Source: Oscillibacter sp. (GTDB lineage: Bacteria; Bacillota; Clostridia; Oscillospirales; Oscillospiraceae). From it: a DNA stretch of 33,794 bases. The stretch's first letter is position 1. Every line of letters starts with the position of its first letter. Both the position numbers and the translations under genes were made by a program. The stretch spans positions 1 to 33,794 of the forward strand of contig JAKSQE010000001.1 in assembly GCA_024404295.1 (NCBI GenBank), written 5' to 3'. The notes beneath the pieces were generated by a model. It was not told the DNA's origin and did not search any database. It was given only the letters and a program-made list of their open reading frames with translations. Below, piece after piece: positions 1 through 8,856 of the stretch.

Positions 1-520
1 AGCCGATCATTTCCACCAGCTCCGCCGCCATTTGGGTGGTGGCGAGGAAGTTCCCCACATGGTCGGTTGTAATGTTCAGCGGCTCTAAATTCAGATCCAT
101 CTCGTTTTCCACGGCGATATCGGCGCACCGCTGCAGATTTTCAAACATGGTGCAAAGTTTCACCGTGTCGCTGACCTCTTCGCACAGGTCGGACACCAAT
201 CCTCCCTCGCCCAAGGCGTTCGAGTGAATCGTCAAGCTATGGGCGCCCACCTGTTTTGCCGCCATCACAGACTGACGCAGAAAGTCCAGATATTTCTCTT
301 TGTGCGAGGGATTGATGAGAGAAAAGTCCGCATCTCCGTTGAAGCCGGAAATCCCGATCCCCGCCGCTTCTGCCGCAGCTTTTACGGCACTCAAATCTTT
401 ATCCGTCCAGCTCCAGAATTCTACAAAATCAAAGCCATCCTTCTTTGCGGCTGCAAAACGCTCCAAAAAGGGCAATTCACCGTACATTGCCTCAATGCAG
501 GCAGATGTTTGAAATCTCAT
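1..520 (-). CDS. Hydroxypyruvate isomerase (Hyi)/xylose-isomerase-like TIM-barrel protein; 3' end runs off the window
   Basis: Not in the ORF track; translated by hand from ATG at 520: MRFQTSACIEAMYGELPFLERFAAAKKDGFDFVEFW...LNLEPLNITTDHVGNFL. The LPFLERF..A...GF..VEF and EPLN motifs are typical of the Hyi family. Starts 9 nt after the proC stop with a GAGGG RBS. Confidence 0.8.
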   Translation of the reverse strand, partial: MRFQTSACIEAMYGELPFLERFAAAKKDGFDFVEFWSWTDKDLSAVKAAAEAAGIGISGFNGDADFSLINPSHKEKYLDFLRQSVMAAKQVGAHSLTIHSNALGEGGLVSDLCEEVSDTVKLCTMFENLQRCADIAVENEMDLNLEPLNITTDHVGNFLATTQMAAELVEMIG

Positions 521-529
521 GGATTTCCC

Positions 530-1327
530 TCACTTTCCCAGCTGTTTGTTCTTCTCAAACGCCGCAATGACCGCATCCATCATGGCACCTCGTACGGCAC
601 GTTCCTCCAACACACGAACACCCTGAATCGTAGAACCGGCAGGGGAGCAAACGGCGTCTTTCAGCGCACCGGGGTGCTTGTCGGATGCCAGCATCAGCTT
701 GCCGGCGCCAATCAGTGTCTGGGCAGCATATTCCATTGCCTTGCCGCGGGGCAGACCGCAAGCCACCGCACCGTCTGCCATGGCCTCCATGATGGGATAC
801 ACAAAGGCAGGGCCACAACCGGAAAGGGCGGAAGCAGCGTCAATGAGCTGCTCCGGCAAAGTATCCACCTTGCCCGCATCTTTCAGCAGTTCTTCAAAGG
901 CGGCTTGTTCTGCCTCAGTCACACCCACGGTGCAGAACTGGACAACACCTTCGCCCACTGCCACAGGAGTGTTGGGCATAATACGGATGATGGGATAATC
1001 TCCGCCGGCCATCTCTGCGATTGTGGACATTTCCAATCCCGCCGCCATAGAAACCAGCACAAAGCGGTCTGAGCGTTTTGCCAGAACGGGTGCGATTCCG
1101 GTCAGCATATCCTGCATCATCTGTGGTTTGACACCCAGAAAAATCAGGTCGCAGGTCGATGCAACCGTTTGATTGTCCACAGCATGACCACAAATCCGGG
1201 CAGCCAATGTTTCCGCTTTGGCTGCGGTGCGATTGGCAAGATAAAGTTCTCCTTTACCGGCACACACTTTTGCGATTGCGCCGCCCATATTCCCACAGCC
1301 AATGAAGCCAATCTTTTCAAATTTCAT
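530..1327 (-). CDS. proC: Pyrroline-5-carboxylate reductase
   Basis: IGFIGCGNMG Rossmann motif, RIMPNTP, SGCGPAF, VCSPAGSTI; GGAGG RBS. Confidence 0.97.
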   Translation of the reverse strand: MKFEKIGFIGCGNMGGAIAKVCAGKGELYLANRTAAKAETLAARICGHAVDNQTVASTCDLIFLGVKPQMMQDMLTGIAPVLAKRSDRFVLVSMAAGLEMSTIAEMAGGDYPIIRIMPNTPVAVGEGVVQFCTVGVTEAEQAAFEELLKDAGKVDTLPEQLIDAASALSGCGPAFVYPIMEAMADGAVACGLPRGKAMEYAAQTLIGAGKLMLASDKHPGALKDAVCSPAGSTIQGVRVLEERAVRGAMMDAVIAAFEKNKQLGK

Positions 1328-1358
1328 CTTTGCAACCTCCCCAGCATTCTTTTTTCTT

Positions 1359-1388
1359 ATTGTAGCCTTCTTTGCAGAAACCTGTCAA
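1359..1388 (-). promoter_or_regulatory. Sigma-A-type promoter for proC-hyi
   Basis: TTGACA (1388-1383), 18 bp spacer, TACAAT (1364-1359). Confidence 0.7.
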
Positions 1389-1390
1389 CG

Positions 1391-1428
1391 AAAAAGCGCA
1401 GTCCGCAACTTCTTTCCTGCGGACTGCG
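1391..1428 (-). terminator. Intrinsic terminator after the HAD gene
   Basis: 11-bp stem CGCAGTCCGCA/TGCGGACTGCG followed by CTTTTT on the minus strand. Confidence 0.8.
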
Positions 1429-1446
1429 GTATGCTGATTTGAGAGA

Positions 1447-2322
1447 TTAGAATAGGCCGACCTGATTGGGCAGTGTGTCGCTGCCAATAGAACGGAGCTG
1501 TCGGGCATTGGTTTCCAGCAGCCGGTCCACCACCGCCATTTTGCGGATGATCTCTTTTGCTGTCTCATCCAATCCGCTGCCCTCACTGTAATCTGCAGGG
1601 AAGATAAAGTCCACACGGCCATCCTGCAGCAGCTTTTCCACGCCGGCACGGTTTGCGTCCTGATAGACCGCAATGGCCTGCCCGCCATAGGCACGCATCA
1701 TCTTCATGCAAGGCACATCGCTGAGGCCGTCGCCCACATAGATCATGTTGGTAAACGGCACACGCTTACTGTCGTCAGGCATAGAATCGTTCAGCGTCTT
1801 ATCGTCAGATACGTCCAACACGCCCTTGTTGATGCGATAAACAAATTGGGTTTTTGCGGTAAAGTTGACTGCCAGCTTGGGCCATGCAGGGCGGCCGCTC
1901 TCGTCATAGTAAAATTCGCTGGCATATACTTCTTTAAAGTCCTCCGCAATTCCAGAACCCTCAATAATCTCTCGCAGGCCCGAGGAGATCACATAGTGTT
2001 CCACCTGCACGCCCTGCGTCTCGCCAAAGGCATTGATCCGCTTAAACCATTCTCGCACACCAGGGAATAGTTCAATACTGCGTCCCATCTCCACCAGGCG
2101 CTCCCGAGTAATGGGTTTGCCGCGCTTTTCGGATTCCACGATCATGGTATACATGAATGCCAGGATTCCGTCCATACGGTTCCGAAAACCGAAGCCATTG
2201 GCAATCGGCCAAAACTCTTTTGGGGTCAGTCCTAAGCTGGGAATGAACGCATAGTCTTCCATGTCAGTGGTGCAAAGTGTCTTATCAAAGTCATACAAAA
2301 AAGCAACAATTGGTTTTTCCAT
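1447..2322 (-). CDS. HAD-superfamily hydrolase (phosphatase-like)
   Basis: Motif I YDFDKT, motif II ISSG, motif IV GDGLSD. Start moved to ATG 2322 because GGAGG lies at 2332-2328. Confidence 0.88.
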   Translation of the reverse strand: MEKPIVAFLYDFDKTLCTTDMEDYAFIPSLGLTPKEFWPIANGFGFRNRMDGILAFMYTMIVESEKRGKPITRERLVEMGRSIELFPGVREWFKRINAFGETQGVQVEHYVISSGLREIIEGSGIAEDFKEVYASEFYYDESGRPAWPKLAVNFTAKTQFVYRINKGVLDVSDDKTLNDSMPDDSKRVPFTNMIYVGDGLSDVPCMKMMRAYGGQAIAVYQDANRAGVEKLLQDGRVDFIFPADYSEGSGLDETAKEIIRKMAVVDRLLETNARQLRSIGSDTLPNQVGLF

Positions 2323-2335
2323 GGTATCCTCCAAG

Positions 2336-2364
2336 AAAAAAGCGGCTCAGCAGAGCCGCTTTTT
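2336..2364 (-). terminator. Intrinsic terminator after divIVA
   Basis: AAAAAGCGGCTC-TGCT-GAGCCGCTTTTTT: perfect stem with a U-tract. Confidence 0.8.
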
Positions 2365-2368
2365 CATC

Positions 2369-3076
2369 TTAATCATCCTTACCGTAGTTGCGGCCGAATT
2401 TCAATTCGTTGAGATTGATCTGGCGCGTTGCCTCCAGATCTTCCGCGATGGCAAAGGGGTCGCCTTCGGGATAATCGTCCTCGTCTTCGCTCTCTTCATC
2501 GGTTTCTTCGGGCTCTTTCTGCGCTTTTGCGATAGATTCTTCCGCTTCAAACGCAGCCATCACGTTCTCTTCAATTTCCTCCACGGTAGCCGGCTCCTGA
2601 GGCGCTTCCTCAACTTCCTGCGTCAGCTCCAACGTGGCAAGGCGGTTCAGCAGCTCGATCTCCTTTTCGCAGGCAGTACGGCTGACACTGATGAACTGTG
2701 CCAGTTCCTGTTTTCCCTGCAGCAGACGGGCCTGCTCCATCTCTAATTCCTGCTTGATGCAGTTGATCTTCAGGCGGGCGTCAATCTCAGCCTGCGTCAT
2801 CAACTGGTCGCGCTTGGACTCTGCTTCATGCACAATGGTATCTGCCATCTTTTGTGCGGCCAATAAGGCGGCACGCATGGAATCCTCCGTGGCACGATAG
2901 TCCTCCAGTTTCTCAACCAAAACCTTCATCTTGGCTTTTAGCGCAGCATTTTCTTTATAAAGGGCGGTATAATCGTCCGTCACCTCATCCAAAAACTCAT
3001 CTACCATGGCCATATTGTAGCCACCCATCATTGCCTTGGAAAAGGCATGGGTAGATACTTCCTGCGGTGTCAACAT
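2369..3076 (-). CDS. divIVA: DivIVA-domain cell division protein
   Basis: N-terminal MLTPQEV...FSKAMMGGYN...VDEFLD DivIVA signature, long coiled coil, located downstream of sepF. Confidence 0.9.
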   Translation of the reverse strand: MLTPQEVSTHAFSKAMMGGYNMAMVDEFLDEVTDDYTALYKENAALKAKMKVLVEKLEDYRATEDSMRAALLAAQKMADTIVHEAESKRDQLMTQAEIDARLKINCIKQELEMEQARLLQGKQELAQFISVSRTACEKEIELLNRLATLELTQEVEEAPQEPATVEEIEENVMAAFEAEESIAKAQKEPEETDEESEDEDDYPEGDPFAIAEDLEATRQINLNELKFGRNYGKDD

Positions 3077-3094
3077 ATCCCGGATCCCCCTTTA

Positions 3095-3526
3095 TCAGAA
3101 ATACAGACCGTTACTTTCCAGTTCGTCGATCAAATCGCCTTCCAGCTCTACGTGGTAGGGCGTGATAATGTATGTATTGGCAGCGACCTTCTTGATCTTG
3201 CCCTCGCCGGCATAGGCAACACCGGAGAGAAAATCGATCAGACGGCGGGCAACATCCTTGTTGGTAGACTCCAGATTCAGCACCACTGTGCGCTTTTCTT
3301 TCAGCTGGTCCGCAATCTCAGAGGCATTCTCGAACCGCTCCGGCTTTACCAGAACCACCTTCAGCTGAGTGGTCGCATGGATGTTAACAACCTTATTCCG
3401 GCGCTCCTCGGCCTTGCTGCCGCGACGATCCTCAAAGGTGTCTTTTACATCTTCAAATTCCTCGAAATCATCATCCTCATCGTCATAAGGGTGGGTCAAT
3501 TTCTTCAGCTCGTCCAAAATGTTCAT
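3095..3526 (-). CDS. sepF: Cell division protein SepF
   Basis: Amphipathic N-terminus, acidic linker, core VVLNLE...ARRLIDFLSG; follows yggS. Confidence 0.95.
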   Translation of the reverse strand: MNILDELKKLTHPYDDEDDDFEEFEDVKDTFEDRRGSKAEERRNKVVNIHATTQLKVVLVKPERFENASEIADQLKEKRTVVLNLESTNKDVARRLIDFLSGVAYAGEGKIKKVAANTYIITPYHVELEGDLIDELESNGLYF

Positions 3527-3547
3527 TGCGAGACCTCCTCTGAAAAA

Positions 3548-4243
3548 TCAAAGGGTATAGTTCCGGGTGCCGAAAATTGCAGTGCCCACACGAACCATGG
3601 TGGCACCACAGCGGATCGCATCCGCATAGTCGCCACTCATACCCATAGATAGACATTCTAATTTATTATGGAACACTTTTTCATTGATGTCAACATAAAG
3701 TGCCCGAACTTTCTGAAAATACTGTATATTGGTGTCTCGATCACTCTCTGCCGGTGGAATTGCCATAAGCCCCAGCACGCGGATGTGGGAGCAAGCTGTT
3801 GACTGCTTTGCTGCATCCAGCAGCTCTTTGGCAAAAAAACCACTCTTCGCCGCTTCCTCGCCAATGTTAACTTCCAGCAAAATATCCTGTACCAGATCCT
3901 GTTTGGCAGCTTCTTTTTCAATGGCTTCCAGCAATTCCAGAGAGCCAACAGATTGGATCAGTGCGACCTTGCCTACCACTTGCTTCACTTTGTTGCGCTG
4001 CAGATGGCCAATAAAGTGCAACGGTACGCCCGCATAGGCATTTTCTTGCAGCTTCTGCGTCATCTCTTGCACACGGTTTTCTCCCAATGCGTCAATCCCC
4101 GCTGCAATCGCCTCCCGGCAGGCGGCACTGTCATTCATCTTGCTGGCTCCCACCAGCGTGATCTCTTCCACAGCGCGCCCTGCATCCCGGCACGCTGCAG
4201 CAATATTGGAACGAACCTGAAGAATATTATCCCGAATCGACAT
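3548..4243 (-). CDS. yggS: YggS/YlmE PLP homeostasis protein
   Basis: LVGASK, GENRVQE, HFIGHLQRNK, LSMGMSGD, VRVGTAIFG motifs. Confidence 0.96.
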   Translation of the reverse strand: MSIRDNILQVRSNIAAACRDAGRAVEEITLVGASKMNDSAACREAIAAGIDALGENRVQEMTQKLQENAYAGVPLHFIGHLQRNKVKQVVGKVALIQSVGSLELLEAIEKEAAKQDLVQDILLEVNIGEEAAKSGFFAKELLDAAKQSTACSHIRVLGLMAIPPAESDRDTNIQYFQKVRALYVDINEKVFHNKLECLSMGMSGDYADAIRCGATMVRVGTAIFGTRNYTL

Positions 4244-4265
4244 GAAAACGCCTCTTTCTCAGCCC

Positions 4266-5528
4266 TTAGCCAATGACTTTTCCACTGAAGATGTCTTTTG
4301 CCGTTACAACGACTTCATCTCCGTTCCGCAAACGCAGCTTTTCCGTGGTTGCGGTTGCCCGCACCAGAGAATAATCGTCACCGCTGTACAGGACCTCCAC
4401 CGGCTTGAATGCCGCCTTTGCGCCCACAACACAATACACGCCAACTGTGCGGATCTCTACGGTGCTATCCTCTTCCCGGTGGACATCCACACGCAGCGCA
4501 GCGCTGGGAACACGGATACCTTCTACCGTTTTATAAATCACTTCTGCACTCTGCTGCCGTAACAATGTCAGTTCCTGAAGATAGGTTTTCCCCTGGAACA
4601 CCACGACACAGCGGCCATTTTCCTCTGCACTGATCCTCTGAATGGTTACCTGAAGATCTCGATCGATATTCTTTGCAAAGCGCAGCAGCAGGCTTGCGCC
4701 CTTTTTTTCCAAATCTGCAGCGCGCTCTTTCAGCATTTGAGCTTCCTTCACGTCCATGCTTGCCACATAATACCATGCATCATCTGTAACCAACTTTCCA
4801 ACTGCGGAATGCACGTTGGAATCCGGCTGCAGGTTGGCCAGGCGACTGGGAGTCAACTCAGAGAGAATGTCCGTAGTCAAAATCGTTTCATATCCATCTA
4901 CTACTGCAGAATACAACCCGGAACAGGGAGATTTGATATTACGAACAGCGCCTTGAGACTTCGCACGCAATGCTTTCCGCTGCGCCTGCAGCGTCCTTAA
5001 TTGCTCGCTCAAGTTTTCATCGTCGGAATAGGTATAGTCTCGCTTCAGCACTAAGGAACGCAGCTCATGTCCGTGCTCCTCTGCGCCATCCAGTCGATCC
5101 GCCGCAACAGCACTTCGATACTGCAGAATATTCTGCATGATCTGGCTGTCCAATTTCAGCGATATCTCCGAGCCTAACATGGATTCCTGTGCATATTCCA
5201 ACTGGCTGATCTGCTCATCCAAATGCTCAATTTCAGCCTGCCGGTCGTAAGCGTCTTGATTGCTGTACACCACCGCCACGGTGCCGCCCTTGCTGATTCG
5301 CTCGCCTTCCTTACGTTCCAGACGCAGCAGACCGTTGCCCTCATCCGGGAGTACCTGTTCGGTTCGAACCACATATCCACTCAGTTGACTTCCGTTTTCC
5401 GCCAGATACGTGTAGGCCGGCGTTGTCAGCAAGGGATCATCGTAATAGCGCATCACCTGAACGCCAAAGTAGGCCAGAACGCCTACCGTAATGACCAGCA
5501 TCCAAATTTTCGTTCCAATATGCCTCAT
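4266..5528 (-). CDS. HlyD/membrane-fusion-protein-like membrane-anchored protein of unknown function
   Basis: One N-terminal TM helix, EGERISKGGTVA half barrel-sandwich, long coiled coil, SPCSGL...DGYE second half, EGIRVPSAAL membrane-proximal-like motif. ATG 5528 has a GAGG RBS. Confidence 0.7.
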   Translation of the reverse strand: MRHIGTKIWMLVITVGVLAYFGVQVMRYYDDPLLTTPAYTYLAENGSQLSGYVVRTEQVLPDEGNGLLRLERKEGERISKGGTVAVVYSNQDAYDRQAEIEHLDEQISQLEYAQESMLGSEISLKLDSQIMQNILQYRSAVAADRLDGAEEHGHELRSLVLKRDYTYSDDENLSEQLRTLQAQRKALRAKSQGAVRNIKSPCSGLYSAVVDGYETILTTDILSELTPSRLANLQPDSNVHSAVGKLVTDDAWYYVASMDVKEAQMLKERAADLEKKGASLLLRFAKNIDRDLQVTIQRISAEENGRCVVVFQGKTYLQELTLLRQQSAEVIYKTVEGIRVPSAALRVDVHREEDSTVEIRTVGVYCVVGAKAAFKPVEVLYSGDDYSLVRATATTEKLRLRNGDEVVVTAKDIFSGKVIG

Positions 5529-5567
5529 AATGTCCTCTTCAGTAGCTGCCCTTTCGGGCATTTCCTC

Positions 5568-5813
5568 TCAGGACAGTGTTTCCTCCGTTAAATCTACCGG
5601 GCGCAGCGGTGCGATGGTGGAGATGGCATGCTTATAGATGATCTGCTGCCGTCCCTCACTGTCCAGCACCACCACGAAGGCATCAAATCCGGTAATCGTG
5701 CCACGCATTTGAAATCCATTCATAAGGAACATGGTCACCGGCAGGTTGTCCCGTCTGGCCCGAAGGAGAAAAATGTCCTGTAAATTTGCTTTTGTTTGTA
5801 CTTTGGTTTGCAT
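5568..5813 (-). CDS. hfq: RNA chaperone Hfq
   Basis: [25 protein letters not shown] Sm motifs; directly follows miaA. Confidence 0.96.
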   Translation of the reverse strand: MQTKVQTKANLQDIFLLRARRDNLPVTMFLMNGFQMRGTITGFDAFVVVLDSEGRQQIIYKHAISTIAPLRPVDLTEETLS

Positions 5814-5861
5814 ATGTATCCGCTCCTTTTTCTATTTTGGAGCGGTTGTCCGCTCCATGGC

Positions 5862-6806
5862 TTATCCTATGCCATGAGCAGACAATATTTCCGTCGAATT
5901 TTGTAGTGCTTTTACAAAATCTCGTTCTTTTTTCCATTCGATCCAGTGAATCTCCGGATTGCGCCGCAGCCAAGTGAGTTGCCGTTTGGCATATTGCCGG
6001 GAGCGGAGCTTCACCTCTTCCAGTGCTTGATCTGTGGTCTTTTCGCCCTCCAGTACACCGGTAAACTCCTTATAACCAATGGCCTGCAACGCTGTGGACT
6101 CCTTAGGGATCCCGCTTTGCAGCAGCTGTTGCACTTCCTGCAGCAACCCTGCATCCACCATCTTATCCACGCGCAGATCGATCAGCGCCCGCATGTCATC
6201 ACGCTCTTGAAACCGCAGGCCGATCCAGACTGCGTCATATCTGGGCGGAATTCTTTTGGTGGCTTCATTGTGGGCGGTAATGGTCATGCCCGTGGTGCGG
6301 TAGACCTCTAATGCCCGCAAAATCCGCTTTGTATCGGCAGGGTGGAGCTTCTCGGCGCTGACGGGATCTACTTGGCGCAGTTCCTCCAACAGTGGCTCAA
6401 TGCCCTGCTCCTCAAATTCCCTTTGCAATTGGGCACGCATGGGGTCTTCCGCACTGCCGCCGGCAAAGTTGTTGCCTTTCACCACCGCATCCAGCCAAAG
6501 GCCCGTTCCGCCCACCAAAATAGGCAGCTTGCCACGCTCCAGAATGTCGTCAATCACGGGGATGGCTTCCTGCGCGTAGCGAGCCACAGACCATTGCTCC
6601 GCCGGATCCGCCACGGCGATCATGTGGTGAGGGATCCCCTCCATTTCCTCCTCTGTGGGGGCGGCAGTGCCAATGGTCATGCCCCGATAGATCTGCATGG
6701 AATCCACAGACACCACTTCACCATTGTATTTTTTTGCCAGTAAGATGCCCAATGTGGTCTTGCCGCAGGCAGTAGGGCCTACAACGCAGACAATTTTCGG
6801 TGCCAT
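5862..6806 (-). CDS. miaA: tRNA dimethylallyltransferase
   Basis: GPTACGKT, DSMQIY, VGGTGLW, QAIGYKE, YAKRQLTW. ATG 6806 with AAGGAGG RBS. Confidence 0.97.
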   Translation of the reverse strand: MAPKIVCVVGPTACGKTTLGILLAKKYNGEVVSVDSMQIYRGMTIGTAAPTEEEMEGIPHHMIAVADPAEQWSVARYAQEAIPVIDDILERGKLPILVGGTGLWLDAVVKGNNFAGGSAEDPMRAQLQREFEEQGIEPLLEELRQVDPVSAEKLHPADTKRILRALEVYRTTGMTITAHNEATKRIPPRYDAVWIGLRFQERDDMRALIDLRVDKMVDAGLLQEVQQLLQSGIPKESTALQAIGYKEFTGVLEGEKTTDQALEEVKLRSRQYAKRQLTWLRRNPEIHWIEWKKERDFVKALQNSTEILSAHGIG

Positions 6807-6825
6807 AGGCCCTCCTTTCCGCGAT

Positions 6826-8832
6826 TTACGCACGCTTAAACATTTTTTCCAGTTCGTACTTGGTAAGTCTCACCGCCACAGGGCGGCCATGGGGGCAGAA
6901 ACGTACTTCGCCGCTTTGGACCTTCTCGATCAACACTTTCAGCTCAGAGGGGTCACTCTTCCAACCGCCCTTGATGGCAGCTTTGCAGGCCATGGTGTGC
7001 AGTAAATTTTCTCTGCGTTCCTCCAAGCTGCGTCCGGTTCGGATCTTCTCCGCCATCTCTTCCAGAGTAGCGGTGGTGTCGGCAGCGTCTATATCCGCAG
7101 GCACTTCCCGCACCAGCACAGCGCTGTCACCAAAGTCCTCAATGCCAAAGCCGAACTGGGAAAGTAAATGCTGATTTTCCAACAATAAACCGCCGTCCTC
7201 TCGGGACAGTTCTGCCACGATAGGCTGCAGTAAGGTTTGGCGCATCGGCGGCTCCTTGGCGGATCTCATCCGGTCAAAATTCACCCGCTCATGGGCGGCG
7301 TGCTTATCGATCAGCCAAACGTTATGATGCTCATCCTCGCAGATAATGTAGGTATTCAACACTTCGCCCGCCATGCGCCACGGTGCTTCCATAGGCGGCT
7401 GAATGGTCTGCTGCTGTGGCAGGTCAAGGCGCTCCTGCACCACCGGAATAGCAGGGGTAAACCGCTTTTCCGGCTCCTTTGTGGCTTTCTCCGTCACAGG
7501 AGCAAAAACTTCCCTCACCGCAGGTCTTTCTTCCTGCACGGCAAGTAGTTCTGTTTTCACGGAAGTTGCTGCCACAGAAGCCGGGGCCTTTCCCAATGCG
7601 GACGCCACAGGCCGTTTTATCTCATAACGCGGCAGAGTAGGCTGCACATCCGCAGCCTTTGCAGCCGCACGCATTTCCGTATTCCAAACCGCCTTTTCTG
7701 CCGGCTTGGCGGTCTGGTGGAACACGGTCTGGGGTTTGCTCTGCGCACCGCTCTCCCGATAGGTCTTGGCGTCCATGGTCTGGAAGAAATCCTGACGGGG
7801 ATTTTGCTGCTCTTCCACTCGTTTGGGTGCGGAAACGGCACCGCCTTTGGCATCCAGCGCATCCATGACGGTGTGGTATACCGCATCGAACACATCACGT
7901 TCCCGGGCAAATTTCACCTGGGTCTTGGCGGGATGGACATTGACATCCACCTGCGTCACCGGCAATGTGATATTCAGCACGCAGCCGGGGAATTTCCCCT
8001 TCATGATCTGATTGCGATAACCCTCTTCCAGTGCCGCCGTCAGCAGTTGGGACTTGATGAAACGACCGTTCACGAAAAATATCTGCATGGAGCGGGAACC
8101 ACGACCGTTTAACGGTGCGGTCACAAAGCCTTCCACGGCAATGTCCCCACCGCAGCCTTTCACCTGCACCAAACCCTTGGCAAAGTCACGGCCCAAAGCG
8201 GCATACACGGCGGAGTCCAAACGACTGTCGCCGGGGGTATGGAGACTCTCTACGCCGTCCTTAATAAACTTAAAGGAAATATCCGGATGGGACAGCGCCA
8301 GATGCTGCATAAGGCCTGCCACAGCCGTTGTCTCAGCGCTGTCTTTTTTCATAAATTTCAAACGAGCAGGGGTGTTATAGAACAGGTCCTGCACACGAAT
8401 GGTAGTGCCTTCCGGAGCGCCTATCTCCTGCACCTGAGCGGGCACACCGCCTTCCAGATGCAATGATGCACCTACATCGCTGCCCGGCTGCTTCGTCAGA
8501 ATGTCCACACGGCTGACTGCAGAAATGGCGGCCAGTGCTTCACCGCGAAAGCCCAAAGTGCCGATCTTGCTCAGATCCTCCTCTGTGCGGAGTTTGGAGG
8601 TCGCATGGCGCAAAAAAGCAGTAGGCAACTCAGCCGGCGCAATGCCGCAGCCGTTGTCGGTAATGCGGATCAAGCTCATGCCACCCCGTTGGATCTCCAC
8701 TACAATAGCAGATGCACCTGCGTCAATGGCATTCTCCACCAGTTCCTTGACCACGCTGGCAGGGCGCTCCACCACCTCACCGGCAGCAATCAGATCTGCC
8801 ACATGGGATGCTAACTGTTCAATATGAGGCAT
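6826..8832 (-). CDS. mutL: DNA mismatch repair endonuclease MutL
   Basis: IAAGEVVERPASVVKELVEN, GFRGEAL, DVNVHPAK, DKHAAHER, ACK, CPHGRP. Confidence 0.98.
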   Translation of the reverse strand: MPHIEQLASHVADLIAAGEVVERPASVVKELVENAIDAGASAIVVEIQRGGMSLIRITDNGCGIAPAELPTAFLRHATSKLRTEEDLSKIGTLGFRGEALAAISAVSRVDILTKQPGSDVGASLHLEGGVPAQVQEIGAPEGTTIRVQDLFYNTPARLKFMKKDSAETTAVAGLMQHLALSHPDISFKFIKDGVESLHTPGDSRLDSAVYAALGRDFAKGLVQVKGCGGDIAVEGFVTAPLNGRGSRSMQIFFVNGRFIKSQLLTAALEEGYRNQIMKGKFPGCVLNITLPVTQVDVNVHPAKTQVKFARERDVFDAVYHTVMDALDAKGGAVSAPKRVEEQQNPRQDFFQTMDAKTYRESGAQSKPQTVFHQTAKPAEKAVWNTEMRAAAKAADVQPTLPRYEIKRPVASALGKAPASVAATSVKTELLAVQEERPAVREVFAPVTEKATKEPEKRFTPAIPVVQERLDLPQQQTIQPPMEAPWRMAGEVLNTYIICEDEHHNVWLIDKHAAHERVNFDRMRSAKEPPMRQTLLQPIVAELSREDGGLLLENQHLLSQFGFGIEDFGDSAVLVREVPADIDAADTTATLEEMAEKIRTGRSLEERRENLLHTMACKAAIKGGWKSDPSELKVLIEKVQSGEVRFCPHGRPVAVRLTKYELEKMFKRA

Positions 8833-8856
8833 AAGGCACCTCCTAAATGTTTTCGA

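Noticed and set aside
7275-7310. MutL endonuclease motif DKHAAHERVNFD differing from DQHAxxExxxxE
   Set aside because: The core D, H and E residues plus ACK and CPHGRP are intact; treated as an ordinary lineage variant.
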